From: Felis catus
Taxonomy: Eukaryota
Length of the DNA stretch: 64,000 bases
Direction of reading: 5' to 3'
Assembly (NCBI RefSeq): GCF_018350175.1
Contig: NC_058368.1
Location: 150,972,001-151,036,000, forward strand
Within the stretch, counting starts at the first letter, position 1, and each line of letters opens with the position of its first letter. The notes beneath the pieces were generated by a model that made no database searches, was not told where the DNA came from, and worked only from the letters and a program-made list of their open reading frames with translations. This document shows positions 1 through 14,247 of this stretch, one piece after another. The position numbers were made by a program, and so were the translations under genes.

Positions 1-170
1 TGTGAGTTCTAGCCCTGCATCGAGCCCCGAGTCAGGCTCCACACTGATAGTGTAGGGCTGCTTGGAATTTTCTCTCTTCTTCTCCCTCTCCCTCTCTTCC
101 TCCCCCTCCCCCGTTGATGCTTGTGCCTCTTTCTCTCTCTCTCAAGAATAAAAAAAAATTGAAAAAAACT
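1..170 (+). mobile_element. Can-SINE (SINEC), 5' part cut by window edge
   Basis: GTGAGTTCTAGCCC...GGCTCCACACTGA body, CT-rich region, A-rich tail. Confidence 0.85.
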
Positions 171-185
171 TTTATTTAAAAAAAA

Positions 186-413
186 TTTTAAATGTTTACT
201 TATTTTTGAGAGAGACAGAGACAGAGAGAGAGAGAGAGAGACAGTGCAAGCCCAGGAGGGGCAGAGAGAGAGGGAGACACAGAGTCTGAAGCAGGCTCCA
301 GGCTCTGAGCTGTCAGCACCACAGCCCAACAGGGGGCTCAAACTCACAAACTTTGAGGTCATGACCTGAACCAAAGTCAGACGCTTAATTGGCTGAGCCA
401 TGCAGGTGTCCCT
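186..413 (-). mobile_element. Can-SINE (SINEC_Fc-like)
   Basis: Reverse complement gives tRNA-like head (TGGCTCAG...TTAAGCGTCTGACTT), GGCTCTGAGCTGTCAGCAC body, (CT)n and A tail. Confidence 0.92.
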
Positions 414-589
414 AGATGATTTTTTTAAACTTGCATATAGTAATGTTCACTCTTTGTGCTTTAAAAGTTTGTTTTTTGTTTTTTTTTAGGAGTGCCTAAA
501 AAACAACCTCACTGAAGAGAACAAGAGAATAAGGTGCTGACCTAAGTAATTTGGAAATGTGTAGAGTCTGTACATAAGTTCTGTGCTCT

Positions 590-1970
590 AGTTGATAAAG
601 TTGTTGAAATCACTATATATCTATACTGGAATTAGAAAATTAAACAAATGAATGGCAGGCAAATGGTAGAAGCCAGGTTTCTCACTGTTGGGAGTGGGGA
701 GATTGTGTACAGATAAGCAGAGAGAAGGCTACAATGATCCATGTGCTAATAGATTAACCTTAAGGACAACAGCATGAATTTCTGTTTAATATATATACAA
801 ATGGATATATAGAGAAATATTTATAGATATGTTTATACACGTTGGTTAGCATATACACATGTATTTTCTTGCTTTTTCAGCTGAGAGGTTCTAGCAGCAA
901 AGATACACCAGAAATAACAAGCACACCTAGTGCCCAGAACTTAGTTTCCAATCAAAGGAACCAGAGTTCCTTGGAGAAATTGCTGACTCTAGAACTCAGG
1001 TAGAAAATGGACAAAATGAGCCTAAAGCATCTTGCAGTTCCAGAAAGTAAGAAAATGTTACTTACGCACACACAGAACACATGCATGCATGCACACACAC
1101 TGATGGGAGAATGTCAAAGGGACACGGTAGCCAAATGAAAAACCTCCCAATGGGCAAAGTTGGAACAATTTGAACAATGAAATAAAGTACTATTGAATTC
1201 TAACTCCATGCAGATATAAATTATTGAATAAATAAGTCAACAGGGGATAAGAGACAAATCTCTCATGCAGAAAAAATTTAAATAATTTATGTAAATACTG
1301 TACCCTCAAAGAGATAGTGTATAATTCCCCACCCCTTATGTGTGTGGTACCCATACTGACTTTCTTGCAAGTGGGAAAGTATTAAAAGGGGAGGGAAATA
1401 TTAACTTTATGGTTAATTTTAACCCCAGCCAGGTTGTCAAAATTAATGATGTCAATCGTGATTAAGTCATGTTGATAGTAGATCATCTTGATATGATGCA
1501 ATGAAAAGTGTACTTTACCTTTGTGGCCCTCTTTCCTAATACCCAGAGCTACAGGCTAATCTTGAAAAAACATCAGACCAATCCCAACTGAGGAACATTC
1601 TACAAAATATCTGACTAGTACTTCTCAAAGCTGTTAAGGTTCTCAAAAACAAGGAAAATATGGAAAACTGTCATAGCCAAGAGAAGCGTAAGGAAACATA
1701 GTGACTAAATTTAATATGACATCCTGGATGGGGTCCTGGAACAAAAAAGGATATAGTATAAAAACTAAGGAAATCTGAATAAAATATGGACTTTAGTTAA
1801 TAATAAGGTATCAATACTGGTTCATTAACTTTGGCAAATGCGCCATACTAATATAAGATGTCAATAAGAGAGGGAACTGTGTGCAGGGTATATGGGAAAT
1901 TTCTGTACTATTTTCACAATTTTTCCATAAATCTATATTTACTCTAAAATTTAAAGTTTATGTTTTTAAA
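590..1970 (+). mobile_element. Ancient L1 3' UTR (L1MC/L1MD-like)
   Basis: AGCCAGGTTTCTCACTGTTGGGAGTGGGA and terminal ATATGGACTTTAGTTAATAATAA...CTGTACTATTTTCACAATTTTTCCATAAATCTA typical of L1M 3' ends; subfamily from memory. Confidence 0.75.
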
Positions 1971-2180
1971 GGTAATTAGTAACTTCAGCCAAACATTCTT
2001 CCCCTAAGACAGGTAATATCGCGTAAGTGGAAAAGTCCTGAACTCAGAGTCAACAACAAAATATCATGTCAAGGGCACTGCTGGGCATAAAGAACGTTTA
2101 GCTATAGATCCTGTGCCACAAAGCAGCCATGTGGCTTTGTGACCTGGGTCAGTACCCCAATTTTAAAATGAGGAGTTCTA

Positions 2181-2400
2181 GGGGCACCTGGGTGGTACAG
2201 TCGGTTAAGCGTCCGACTTCAGCCAGGTCACGATCTCGCGGTCCGGGAGTTTGAGCCCCGCATCAGGCTCTGGGCTGATGGCTCGGAGCCTGGAGACTGT
2301 TTCCATTCTGTGTCTCCCTCTCTCTCTGCCCCTCCCCCGTTCAAGCTCTGTCTCTCTCTGTCCCAAAAATAAACGTTGAAAAAAAAATTTTTTTTAAAAA
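2181..2400 (+). mobile_element. Young felid SINE (SINEC_Fc) with 17-bp TSD
   Basis: GGGGCACCTGGGTGG...CAGTCGGTTAAGCGTCCGACTTCAGCCAGGTCACGATCTCGCGG; identical TSD TAAAATGAGGAGTTCTA at 2164-2180 and 2401-2417. Confidence 0.95.
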
Positions 2401-2499
2401 TAAAATGAGGAGTTCTAGTAAATGATCTCTGAGATTTGTCCCTAAAATCCTAACATTTTAATCAGAACTAAATTCAAGGTCTGTACCACTATCAAACTC

Positions 2500-2610
2500 C
2501 ATGACTTTGGGAAAAGTCTTGACCTCCCTTAATCTCAGTTATGTCATCTTTAAAATGGAGTGACTAAAATGCACTATCTTTAAGGTCCCTTCCAGCTCTA
2601 AAAATCTTTA
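2500..2610 (+). mobile_element. MIR/MIR3 fragment
   Basis: CTCAGTTATGTCATCTTTAAAATGG core and AAGGTCCCTTCCAGCTCTAAAAATCT end. Confidence 0.6.
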
Positions 2611-3364
2611 CCAACCATGTATCACTAATGTTTCATTCAACTTCAAGTTCACTTGGACAATCCAAGTAACCTCATAAAGCTACCAATTATTTCAGGCCAT
2701 AAATTAGATTGAAAGCTTGATGAGGACAATGGCCAATTCTGTTTAACTCACGGTGGTATCCCTAGGGCCTAGAATATTGCTTCTTACTTAGTAGACACTG
2801 AATTAGCATTTGTGCTGTGAACAATAAATGTTTCGAAATGATCCTTGGACTAAAGAGGGAACAGACAACTACAACTCTCCAAACAAAGACATTCAGAAGG
2901 GAAGAGCCAAATGGCATGTCCACCACATCAAAGAGCCCCCATAAGAGCAACAATATCATGCCACTTAAAAATCCCAATCATCTTGAAAACTGGCTCTTTA
3001 TAAAGCTGGGTTATTAATATGGTTATTAATTCCTTATCAGTTTCTTACAAAGATATAAAAATTGAGAGAGAAGACATTTGGAAGCAAAACGTAATCTGCA
3101 AAGCCTCAGCTTATTCATAAAGACTACCAGTTGTGTCTGCAAAAGTATACTAGAGAAACATAAAGTGAAAAAAGTACTATTTTCCATGGGAAAGGAAAGA
3201 AGCCAGATTTATTGCTTACTTGTGAATTTGAGGGCAAACAGGTTGATGGGAGAATTTGTACATGAAGTTTGAAGTAGTGAAAAGTAATGAAAATATTTAT
3301 GTTTTACTGCAAATAATTCACTAAATCTATTTTAGGTTTTGGCCTCTAGCAGTAAGCTTAAAAT

Positions 3365-3541
3365 GCAAGGCTTGGATCAACCACCTGTATCAAAATAGAA
3401 AGAGGTAGTTGAGAAAAATAAAGATTTCTGAACTTCACCCCTGACTTACTAAATCAGAATCTTAAAGGAAGAGGCCTGGCAATCTGAATTCTTAACAAGC
3501 TCCCCAGATGATTTTAATATAAAACATTGGAGAACCACTGC
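3365..3541. mobile_element. MER5-type hAT-Charlie DNA transposon relic
   Basis: CTTACTAAATCAGAATCT...TTAACAAGCTCCCCAGATGATTTT...TTGGAGAACCACTG terminus. Confidence 0.7.
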
Positions 3542-4136
3542 TATGATGAATTGTGATAACCCAGTTAGGGAAAAAAAATGCTTGTTTATATCAGACATAG
3601 AACTATCTCAGACAATCAGGATGTAATTCAACATCCTTGAAGATATAAAGAGCCAAACACCTTTTGTGATTTTATGAACATAGAAAAAAAAATTTTAAAT
3701 AATAAGTTAATTTGAGGTTAATTTAAGTTCACAGTGATAACAGAGGACATTTTACTTAAAGTTCACCATGGAAATAAACCATGTTGGTAAAGGAAATGTA
3801 TTTTTTTACTAAGATCTGACACATATGCCTAAAATATTTAGTTTTAGTTTCATTACTTTGAAATTAAACTGCAAATTGGACTTGAATTCATCCATTCTTT
3901 CATTGTGACTAAACAAATATTTATTCCTTTAATGGTTTGATTCTAATGGTTTAATTTCAAGGTCAGATTGAGAAAAAAGTATGATTGGAGTGATATGTCT
4001 GTGTGTGCATTATTAATGAGCATAACACTCAGGGGACATACCTAAAAAGGCAAACTGTTCTGAGAGAAAGTTCTAGTTACTTTTGGACTTTGTTTCACCT
4101 TATGTTTCTTTAAGCTTTAAGAATACAACATACGTT

Positions 4137-4360
4137 GGGGTGCCTAGATGGCTCAGTACATTAGTCGTCTGACTTCAGCTCAGGTCATGATCTTGCAGTC
4201 AGTGAATTCAAGCCCTACATCAGGCTCTGTGCTGACAGCTTGGAGCCTGGAGCCTGCTTCACATTCTGTGTCTCCCTCTCTGCTCTGCTCTTTCCCTGCT
4301 CGTGCTCTGTCTCTCTCTCTCTCTCTCAAAAATGAATAAACGTTAAAAAAATTTTTAAAA
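4137..4360 (+). mobile_element. Can-SINE (SINEC_Fc2-like)
   Basis: Head GGGGTGCCTAGATGGCTCAG, GCTCAGGTCATGATCT, (CT)n, AATAAA and A tail; degenerate TSD AATACAACATACGTT/AATATAACGTATGTT. Confidence 0.92.
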
Positions 4361-4692
4361 ATAATATAACGTATGTTTAATTCATAAAAGCTTACTCTGT
4401 GATATCACTGAGTCTATTTATAACTGAAGTAGCTGAAGGACTCAACTTTACCTAAAGAGCACTAATTTTGGAGACCTATTTCTGGTTTTTACTGTTAAAC
4501 CAATCCTCCACACAGTTTCTGTAAATAGGTAAGGATAAATATACCTGTTTTAACAACAAAAGACTATATAAATCATAAACCCCAAATTTCATAGGTTATC
4601 TACTCAATCTTCTGATGATTCACTAGAATACACATAATCTCCATGCCCATGCTTTTTCTCAGCATTGAACATACTCTCCTCATAATGGAGGA

Positions 4693-4694
<2 letters not shown>

Positions 4695-4733
<39 letters not shown>
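4695..4733. repeat. (TG)n microsatellite
   Basis: Direct. Confidence 0.95.
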
Positions 4734-4740
<7 letters not shown>

Positions 4741-5340
4741 TTATAGATAATGAAATATATAAATCCATAACAGAGTTACTTAGTGAAAATTCTGTGTTAG
4801 TCTACCTCATGCTACCCTGAAAGAAAAGCTTCCTGATTCTTATCATCTCAGTAGAAGGCTTTCACTGAAAAGAAAGTGTGAGACAGGAACCATAGTCTGT
4901 CTTCACCTAAACATTGATCCAATCAACTTTGTAACTTTTTATCTTAGTTAGAAAACTGCAGAGAGATATATAACTGTTACCCACTTAGAAGAGAGACCAA
5001 AGTCTACCCTTTGACTGAAGTATAAGCTCCTTGAATTGTGGGGGACATATCTCATTTATGATTGAATTCAACAATACCTAACATAGTGCCATCTATGCAG
5101 CAGAGCTCAATAAATATTTTGATTTGAGAACATAAATCCACTTAATAAATCTTTATCTTTTCTATCTTCCTTGAAAACAATTTAAAAATAACCTTAAAAT
5201 CTCATCTCTGTAAATGGGGTTCCCTTCATTTTAAACTGTTTAATTTTAATATTTATAGTTACTTTTGTTTAATGTATTTTCTTCACATGACACAAGAATG
5301 ATATGTATTCATTGTTTAGAACATTCTTCAGTAAGCTATT

Positions 5341-5465
5341 TTATTTTATTTCATTTTTAAAGATTTTATTTTTAAGTAATTTCTACACCCAATGTGGGGT
5401 TTGAATCCACAGCCTTGAGATCAAGAATATAGCATACTCTACCAACTGAGCCAGCCACGTACCCC
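5341..5465 (-). mobile_element. Short, old Can-SINE
   Basis: Reverse complement GGGGTACGTGGCTGGCTCAGTTGGTAGAG...CTTGATCTCAAGG, A tail. Confidence 0.85.
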
Positions 5466-5488
5466 AGAAAATTTATTATAAATTAGTT

Positions 5489-5634
5489 GAGGAGCACCTG
5501 GGTAGCTCAGTCAGTGAAACAGTGTCCAACTCTTGATTTGGGCTCAGGTCATGACCTTGTCATTTGTGGGATCAAGCCCTGTGTCGGGTTCCTCACTGAC
5601 AGCACAGAATCTGCTTGGTATTCTCTCACTCGTC

Positions 5635-5691
<57 letters not shown>

Positions 5692-5770
5692 CCTCCCTCC
5701 CTCCCTTTCTGCCCCTCTCACCAGCTTGCATGTGCTCTGTCTCCAAATAAATACTTAAAAAAATAAAAAT
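5489..5770 (+). mobile_element. Can-SINE with expanded (CT)n
   Basis: Head, GGCTCAGGTCATGACCTT, long (CT)n, TSD AAATTAGTTGA on both sides. Confidence 0.92.
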
Positions 5771-6359
5771 AAAATTAGTTGAAATTTGATTCTAATTGTT
5801 GAGTTTGAAATACACATTTGTATGTTTGATTAAATTCAACATTTCTGGGTTTAGGAAAATGAAGTAGAAGCTGGAATTTCTGAAAAAAAAAAAAAAGAAT
5901 GATGACAAAGGGAAAGATTTTTTTCACCCAGTTCCTAGAGGTTAAAACATTGTATTGGAATTATTCCAATTCTAATAGTTCAGGAAAGATTCTGTGTGGT
6001 ATCTCTTATATTGGGTAGTAGTAACACTACATAAAAATACTTCAGAGAGTAAAGATACTATAGTAGGTGCAAACAGAGTACACAAATGCGAACTATAGGG
6101 AGCAAACCTTTAGAATCAAGTTTATTTGCTCGTTGCAGAAATACTTCTATTTCTATAAAAAAAAATCTGAATGCAGGAGCAAGCAGACAACAACCTGAGG
6201 CATTGACTGATAATAAAGTTAATAAAAGTAAAAGTTTATTAGTTCTGAGTTTGATTAAATGATTTTAGAAATCGAATGCAATTTTTCTAAAAATTGTTGT
6301 TTTATATTAAAATCCTATTGTTTTCATTCTTCATTATATAAGTATACCATGTTCAAGTA

Positions 6360-7070
6360 TGCTCACATACCTTCAGTGTTCATTGTAATGGTAATGTAAG
6401 CACAACCATTTTGTAGGACAATTTTGCTGAGTCTCTCAAGTTTCCTAATGCACTTTTTGTAACTTTTCATAAATAGTTTGTACACTTGCATGAATGATAA
6501 GTGTGCAAAGATGTTATTCATTGGAACATTGTTTCTAACACTGAAGATGTAGAAATAACATATATTCCCATCAGTACACATTTTGCTAAATGAATGATGG
6601 AGCAGTAAGCTATGGACACAGGTGTTCACTATTTTTTTATTCTCTATTCTTATCTGGATGTTGACTACTTTGTAATATATACCATCTTAAAAAGCAAAAA
6701 TTAATAATACATTATGAGATACCTATTCTATAGACTTCTATGCCATTCTAAAAGAGTAGTATAAATCTATGTGTATTAACTTGAAAATACATTGGTAATA
6801 GGCTACTAAGTGGGTCACAGAACATGTAGAGTATGATTCACATATACAGACAACTAAGCAAAGCCTGTGGGTGGAGAAGGAGGGGTAGTTGTAGAAAAAG
6901 ACCTTGAGGATACACACTGAGCTATTCCTGGTGACCCCCTGCGGTTTGGGATTGGAGGGGAGAAAGGGTAGCTTATCAGGATTTTGACTTTTTATAAATG
7001 TCTGTAATATTTTTTTCTTTATAATGGAAATATATTACTTTTGGTATTTTATAATAAAAAGGAGAAAAAA
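6360..7070 (+). mobile_element. Very old L1 (L1ME-like) 3' fragments
   Basis: Degenerate CACAACCATTTTG...GCAAAGATGTTATTCATTGGAACATTGTTT...CCCATCAGTA motifs. Confidence 0.55.
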
Positions 7071-7383
7071 TAAGGGGCTCTAGTACTGTATCAACCCACA
7101 TTTGTTCTAAAACTGGTCAGTTTTAGAAATTCAGATGAAAATTTAGAATGATTACAGTCAGATACAGAAAACAAAATATATACCATTGCAAGGGATAGGA
7201 TAAGTGGAAACAGTTTGAAGATGTGGGTTAAAAATTCTACATTACTACCTTATTCTGTTAAGCTTACAGCATAGATGTAGTAATTGTTAATATAAATTGA
7301 ACACAATCTTTCAGGTGTTGTTAGTAAAACTAATAAATGACTAGTTAATAAGCACACATAGTTTATAATTTAGTTTGCTTAAA

Positions 7384-7599
7384 TTTATTTTTTTAATGAT
7401 TATTTATTTTGAGAAAGAGGAGAGCGAGTGTGTGTGCGACTGGGGGAGGGGCAGAGTGAGCGGGACAGAGAGAATCCTAAGCAGGCTCCATGCTGTCAGT
7501 ATAGAGCCCCATTTGGGGCTCCATCTCACAAACCATGAGATCATGACCTGAGCCAAAATTAAGTCAGATGCTTAACTGACTGAGCCACCCAGGCACCTC
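7384..7599 (-). mobile_element. Can-SINE
   Basis: GATCATGACCTGAGCC...CTTAACTGACTGAGCCACCCAGGCACC is the reverse complement of the head. Confidence 0.92.
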
Positions 7600-8074
7600 T
7601 ACTTTGCTGAAATTTAAACTTGATTTCAAACACAATGGACACTGGAGAAGAAAGGCTAGTTGTAATTAAGAAGATACTCAAGTGAAGTTTCAGACACAAG
7701 GATAACTTTTGAGCTTGGTTGATTTTTCACATATTTGACTGATAGGTAATAGTTTTAACCTGCATTTTACCTCTCAGGAACTTCCTTAGTGTCAGGATTA
7801 TGTCTTATTCATACACCTACTTCTACCTAGCTCAGAGTGTGATACATAGAAGTGCTCAATACTTCATTAAATGGATTTTTCCCTGCAACTTTAAGTTGAA
7901 TTTTATATCTCCTTCTCACATGAGTTCTTTTAAAGGGATATTTGATCCAAAATCTTATATTTTAAGTGAACACTGATCTTGACCTAAAAGTTTTAAATTC
8001 TGAATCCTGAAGTTACATCATTATAGCCAAATTATGAATTCGAGTAATCGAGGATAAAAGACTTCACCTCATAC

Positions 8075-8525
8075 TAATGATGCTGCCACCTTGCACCCTA
8101 TTCTCGGGCACACTCATCTTCTTCCTGTTGCCTGCACACACCAAGCTCATTACCACAGTGGGGCCATTTCACCTGTTTCCCTGGATTCCAGATCTCCACA
8201 AGGCTAGGCTCTTCATATCATTCAAGGCTAAACACAAACTTCACTGCCTCAGTAAAGATCAACCAATTAAAAGTAGCTCTCATCAGTCCCAGCCCAACTC
8301 TGCCTTTACCAGTTCTTCTTTGTACATCACCCTGTCTCACTATCTTCAAAGCACTACCCATTATCTGAAATTACCTTGTTCATTTACCTGTTTCATTTTG
8401 TACTGACTCTCTTGCCTTCTCCCTGATTAGATGTAAATTCTCTAAAAGCAAGAGACTTGCCTGTGTAGTTCTCTCTTGAATCCTCCGTGCCTAGAATAGT
8501 GATCTACTCTTAGAAGGCATTCAAA
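8075..8525 (+). mobile_element. L2 3' fragment
   Basis: CACACCAAGCTCATT...TTAGATGTAAATTCTC...GTGCCTAGAATAGTG. Confidence 0.65.
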
Positions 8526-11500
8526 ATTCCAAAATTTTGCTATTGGAAATTCAGAACTGAGGATGAATTATAGTAAATATGAAATAGCAAACACATATCT
8601 GCACTGAGCCCTTCCTAGTTTCCTTGCATTATTCCTGTTACAGTTGATGTTTGACATTTCCAAAGAATACACCTCAGTCCTCCTGGAATCGTTATGAATT
8701 TACAATCAGACCAGAGCATACAATTTTATCAGTTTCCTCATCTATAAGACTGGCATATTAATATGCACCGACTTCAGAAGGTTATAATAAAAATTAAATT
8801 AGAACCACAAATCCATGCTGATACATGGATTCAGGAGGCTTAGTTTTCTCACTCACTAGCAAACTACATGATTTAAATGTATACCACAAAAAGGCATCAA
8901 CTATTATTTCAAACTACATACATTTGGGGGTGGCTAGTAGAGTCAAAACTGTGCTAGGCCCTAAGAAGCATAAGGCAAAATAAGTAGTAAGCTTTCTTTA
9001 ACACCTGATCTCTTGAATACACATGTGGCTTAGTGAGCAGCATAGGGTTTAAGAAAAGCTGGGGACCTCCTCACTCAGGAAAACAGAAGTGGTTCATAAA
9101 GGATAAGACTGAAGGTACACCAAAATTACGTCAGTAATTCTACTTGCAACTGTGAAAGCACATTACCTACGTTATAGACTAAGTTTCTACCAACAGAAGA
9201 AACAGTGAATACTGAGCCAATTCAAGATGATTTACTACCTTTGAAAAAACTAATTTTCTGGATAATTCAAATAAAAGGATGATAAGACAAGATATTATTT
9301 TATTTACATTATGTAGGCAAATCTGTAACTTCATAGCTGAAAACTGTATAAATCAGAAAAACATTTTGATTTTGTCAATGTCAAATGTGCCATCAAACCC
9401 AATTGGCCATTGGGAATGGTATTTAGAGGAAAATGGCAGACCAAGTTAAAGAGGTGATTTGGTACCATATGCTCTGGACAAGATGAATGTCAAAATAGTG
9501 TATCCTGGTAGTGTCCAACAGAAAAAAATTAATGCCCATGCGCTGAAGACGCCACAGCCAAAATGGAATAGTCCATTTTAATTTTCAGAGGAATTTGGTG
9601 AACAAATGACTAGATATCCACCAAACCTTAGTACTAATGAAAAATACAGTGCATTCTGAGAAAATCAATATATAGTTTGCCTGAAGGTATCCCAAAGGAA
9701 ACATTCAGTTATTGAGGTTTAAACTACGTTAGCCCCAGAATAATAAAATTCTTGAATTGCAGGCGTTTGCAAGAACAGCAAAGGGGTTAAAGACATTTTA
9801 TATTTTATCAAAGCTCTAAAACTGCTGTGCAGAGTTTTTATGCATTTCATATTTTTTCCTTGCTGCTTCTTCATGCAAAAGCCTTCACCAATTCCTCAGA
9901 GCACTGCTTCACTGTTTAGACCTACTTAATTTGCTCTTCAAATAAAATATCCTCAGTCCCACTCCTACCTGGCCTCCACAGGTTCACACAGCCACTGAAG
10001 ATTGGCTTGGGGGAAATGGGAGCATATCTTGAGGAACAGGTATGGTCACAACGTCTCAGCACTATAGATAGTTACCAAACTGTTGGGGTCGTTTGTTCAT
10101 TTCTGTTTCATTTTTGGAAAAATAAGCACTTTTTTAGCCACACCATATGTGGTTTTAATTTTAATTACGAATTTCATTTTGTTAATGACATACACAAAAT
10201 GGAGAATTCTCTATTTTTAAAAATGCAATGAAAATGTCAAGATACAAATAAAAAGGGCTATGACAGACTCTGCAGGAAAAGAAAACTGAACTATGGGTTG
10301 GAAAATCAGCAATTTGGAATCAATCATGAGGTTAATTCAGATAATAATCAATTTGGACCCTAGAAGTCCACATTTATTAGATAATTCCTCAGTATTTGTT
10401 AAATAATCATGAACTGAAGTCCTTCCTAGCAAAAAAAAAAAAAAACAAACAAACAAACGAGTATTTTGGAAATAAATCTGACAAGGGAGTTCAATACATG
10501 CAATATTTGCGTTCTTTTACCAAGTTGTAAAACTACCCAGGGTCAAAGGGATGATTGAAGACAAGCATTCATGAAAAAACTAATTTTTTAGGAGCAATAC
10601 TAAATACACCACTGAAATATTTAAAAATAGTATCAGTTTAGCAAAATAATTTTTCTTCTAATCAAAAAAAGTATTTGAGCATACTAACATTTTTTTTTCT
10701 TCTCCTACAAGTACAATTATACTTGCTCTAGTACTAGCCATGAGAAAGACCTTTTAAAAAAGCATCTATAAAGTTAGCTTACCATCACCTTTTAGTAATC
10801 ATTTACACAGTCTTAGGATCTACTGAGTCACAAACAGAAACAGAATTGTCACATTCGGAACCAATCACTAGGAAACAATTCATCACAATTTTTGTTGTCA
10901 GCGTAACTCTAAGCTACTTATTCCAATCTCCTATGTTTGAATTCTTTAAAATGTCCTAGTTAGAATGTATTACAAAAATTTCTTAAAATTTCCAAACAAA
11001 CTTTTAGTTCATATTAAGAAAAAACAAACAAACAAACATATGGCACATTTAGTCATGGACTGTGACCACAGAGATAGAATGTTTTAACTCTAAACAGAAA
11101 GAATGCAACTATTCCAAGTATTGCTTGCACCATTTCCAATTAGACAGATGATGAGTTCTGAATGTCATTTCTTTGTGTTGGTCATTTAGCTTTGACCCAA
11201 AGAATTGAAAACACATCTAATGATCTGTTCATCAAACTTCACTCAAAATGAAATGCCTCTCCACCTTGGTCCCATCATTAAGACACAGTTGAAGTAAACT
11301 AACCTATCCCCCAAGATGTCCATTACTACAAACATCCTCAGAATTTACAAAAACTTTTTTTATATACCACAAATTCTCAGTAGAATGTCCTGCAGCTGAG
11401 TAGAAATAGTCAATCGCAGCAAGTGTTCTAAACCCAAGGAGTGGGAAATCATTTTCTATCCCCTGGTGGGTTTGATCAGTACATCACATTTAGATAATAT

Positions 11501-14048
11501 AAAGAGTAAAGTACTAAGACATACATCCCTGATGTGAAACTTGTGCTGCTCTATAGAAACTATGACAGTAAAAAATAACACAAAGTTCCCGGTTTTTTAA
11601 ATCATTACGATTCCTTTGAAAATCATACTTGATATTGAATCCATCCACTGACTTAGTTTATTAGTGAGTAAAATATAAAATATGCCCAATTCTTTGGCAT
11701 TTTCAAAAGAACTTCACTAAATGCTAAAGAAAATAAAAAGGTAATTAATAAGAGACTATAATTACCATCATCAAAACACGCAAGTTTTAACAGACTACCC
11801 ACTTTCTGAATGATTTCTTTATTGCACAAGAACTTGTAATTTTACGTAGTCATTTGGGCTATATTAATCTATTTTATCCCAGAAAAGTATATGACAAATT
11901 GAAGCTCATCATTATAAAATATCAGCACTTAAAATTATAAAAATGAAACCCCAAATAAACTTTATGACAGAAATTTGAACTTAAAAATATCTACTACTAC
12001 TATATTTAAAAACATGGCATGAAATCTACAGTTTTTATAGAATATCTGAAAGTCAGTACCAAAGATATATAACTTTTCATGAGTATTTAATACATTCCAC
12101 AGTATTAGATGAGATGCCATTTGGTTATAAAGTTGTTGCTTCCCATCAAATTAATGAATGAATATTACCTGGCATATATTTAAAGAGGAACTACTTGTAG
12201 CAGAGAGAAAGCAGGCTTTGAGAGTAAATACCTCAGTATTGGATGTCACACTTTCTGGCTGTATAATAACAGGTAAATTGTTTTATTCCTATGAGGTTGT
12301 GAGGATTAAACGAGATAATGAGTGCAAAACATGAGGTTCGGAGTTGGTTTTTAGTAATCAATAGTGCCTCTCATTTTTCTAATTCTCTTTCCTTAAGCTG
12401 TAATAGTTATTTGTTCCATTTTTTAGATATTCACAACCGACCAACATAGTTGGTGACATTGGTAGCTACCTAGTTTTTAGAACACTATCCTGAGTTCCTC
12501 AATGAACATCACAATCCATACATATACCTGGCCATATCTATCAAAGATAAACATTTTTCTTCAGAGCATGTATGGTTTATTCACCAGACAAATACAAAGA
12601 TATGAAGACATACTTGCTAGTAGTTTTGGGAATTAATGCTTTGACTTCCCTCATCTTAATTTTTTCCAAACTGTTAACTGATTTTTAAAACACTATAAAC
12701 AAAATTCAAGGAGAAAAACAATATTGTGATTTTAATAATTTATAGAAAATATCTTCCTATAATTTAATATTTTCAGGCTGTTATGAAAAAATAAGTAAAA
12801 TGTATTGTAAAAACTCAGTAGTCTAAATTAAAATCATTTTAGAATTCAATGTTTGACTTCAAATTCAAATATAAATAATACTATTATAGAAATATAGGTA
12901 ATGTTTTGAGTAAACCAATCTAAAAGAAGGTAACACTCAGATCCAAAAATACAGTGAACTCTAGGTCAGTCTTATTTATTTACTACAAAAGTCCTTGTCT
13001 AGAACACTGAATTCAGAATAACTCTGTAGATGAAGTTCTCAGTGCCTGCTTATTTAAAAAAAAATGATAGATTTCTTCTGATCTTTCAGAGCCCCAATCA
13101 TTTTTGCCCCAGCTATATTTTTCTAGTCTTCAAAATACTCTGTGGAATATAAAATAAGGTTAAAGGCAGCATTCTGTCTTTGAGGGCTTCCTTGGGCAAA
13201 AGAAGAAATATAAAAATGTTAGTTTTATATATTATGGCCTGAAGAAAGCCTAACAGCCAAAACATCACCTTTAACATGGTTGCTTTTTCTGAGTAGTTTA
13301 TCAACCAACCCCTCCTTTATTCTTTGGTCTAAAAATTGGTATGAGATTCTCTCTCAATATTTTAAATGTATTCTGGCTCTTTGGGCCTCATTAGAAAGTC
13401 ACTGAATATTACTAACGTTTTTTTCCACTCATTTTATGACAGCAAGCAAATGCTTAGTCAAGTTGAAGAAACAGCACAATTGGCTATTTTATATATGTTT
13501 AAAATTTAAGAATTACTTTTAGGGTACGTGTATTTTCAAACCATTAGCTTAGAGAGTAGTCTTTCTCATTAAATAATAGGCTTGGTCATAACTATGTAGA
13601 TACTCATTAATTCACAATATGCCCTAAACCTGGGATTGTTGTAAAAGAGAATGCACAGGCTGCAGGTAGATTCAAAGTACAAACTTTACGCTTTATGATC
13701 TCCACATTCTGCTTCCTACCAAGATCTTAAATAAAATCTGGGTCAAGATTCTAATGACAAGGAACTTCACACTCTCATGGGACTCCATGAGGAATTGTTA
13801 AGTCTTCACTTTTATTATTATTTTATCTATATAATGGCCTAAAAATAGTTGAAAAGAAAAATAAAATGAGTGATTACGTCACCATGAAAGTACAAAACAT
13901 TTCATTTTGGACACGGCTTGCTTCACTGATTCCATTGTTTTGATTTTGGATTTATTTGTTGGTTGGTTGGTTGGTTGACTTCATCCAACCCAAATTATCC
14001 ATCCATTCAGTCCAAATATCCAGAGGTATTTCTTATAGCTGTATTTTT

Positions 14049-14234
14049 ATAAATGTTTATTTTTGAGAGAGAGAGAGAGAAAGAGAGAGCAAGGGAGGGG
14101 CAGAAAGAGAGGGAGACAGAGAATCCAAAGCATTCATAGCACAGAGCCTGATGCAGGGCTCAAACTCACCAATTGTGAGATGATGACTTGAGCCAAAGTT
14201 GGATGCTTAATCAACTGAGCCACCGAGGCATCCC
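14049..14234 (-). mobile_element. Can-SINE inserted at the tail of the adjacent SINE
   Basis: SINE body; TSD TAGCTGTATTTTT at 14036-14048 and 14235-14247. Confidence 0.9.
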
Positions 14235-14247
14235 TAGCTGTATTTTT

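Noticed and set aside
9330..9630. Complex, exon-looking stretch
   Set aside because: All three minus-strand frames I translated stop early with no recognisable protein; no ORF-track entry on either strand
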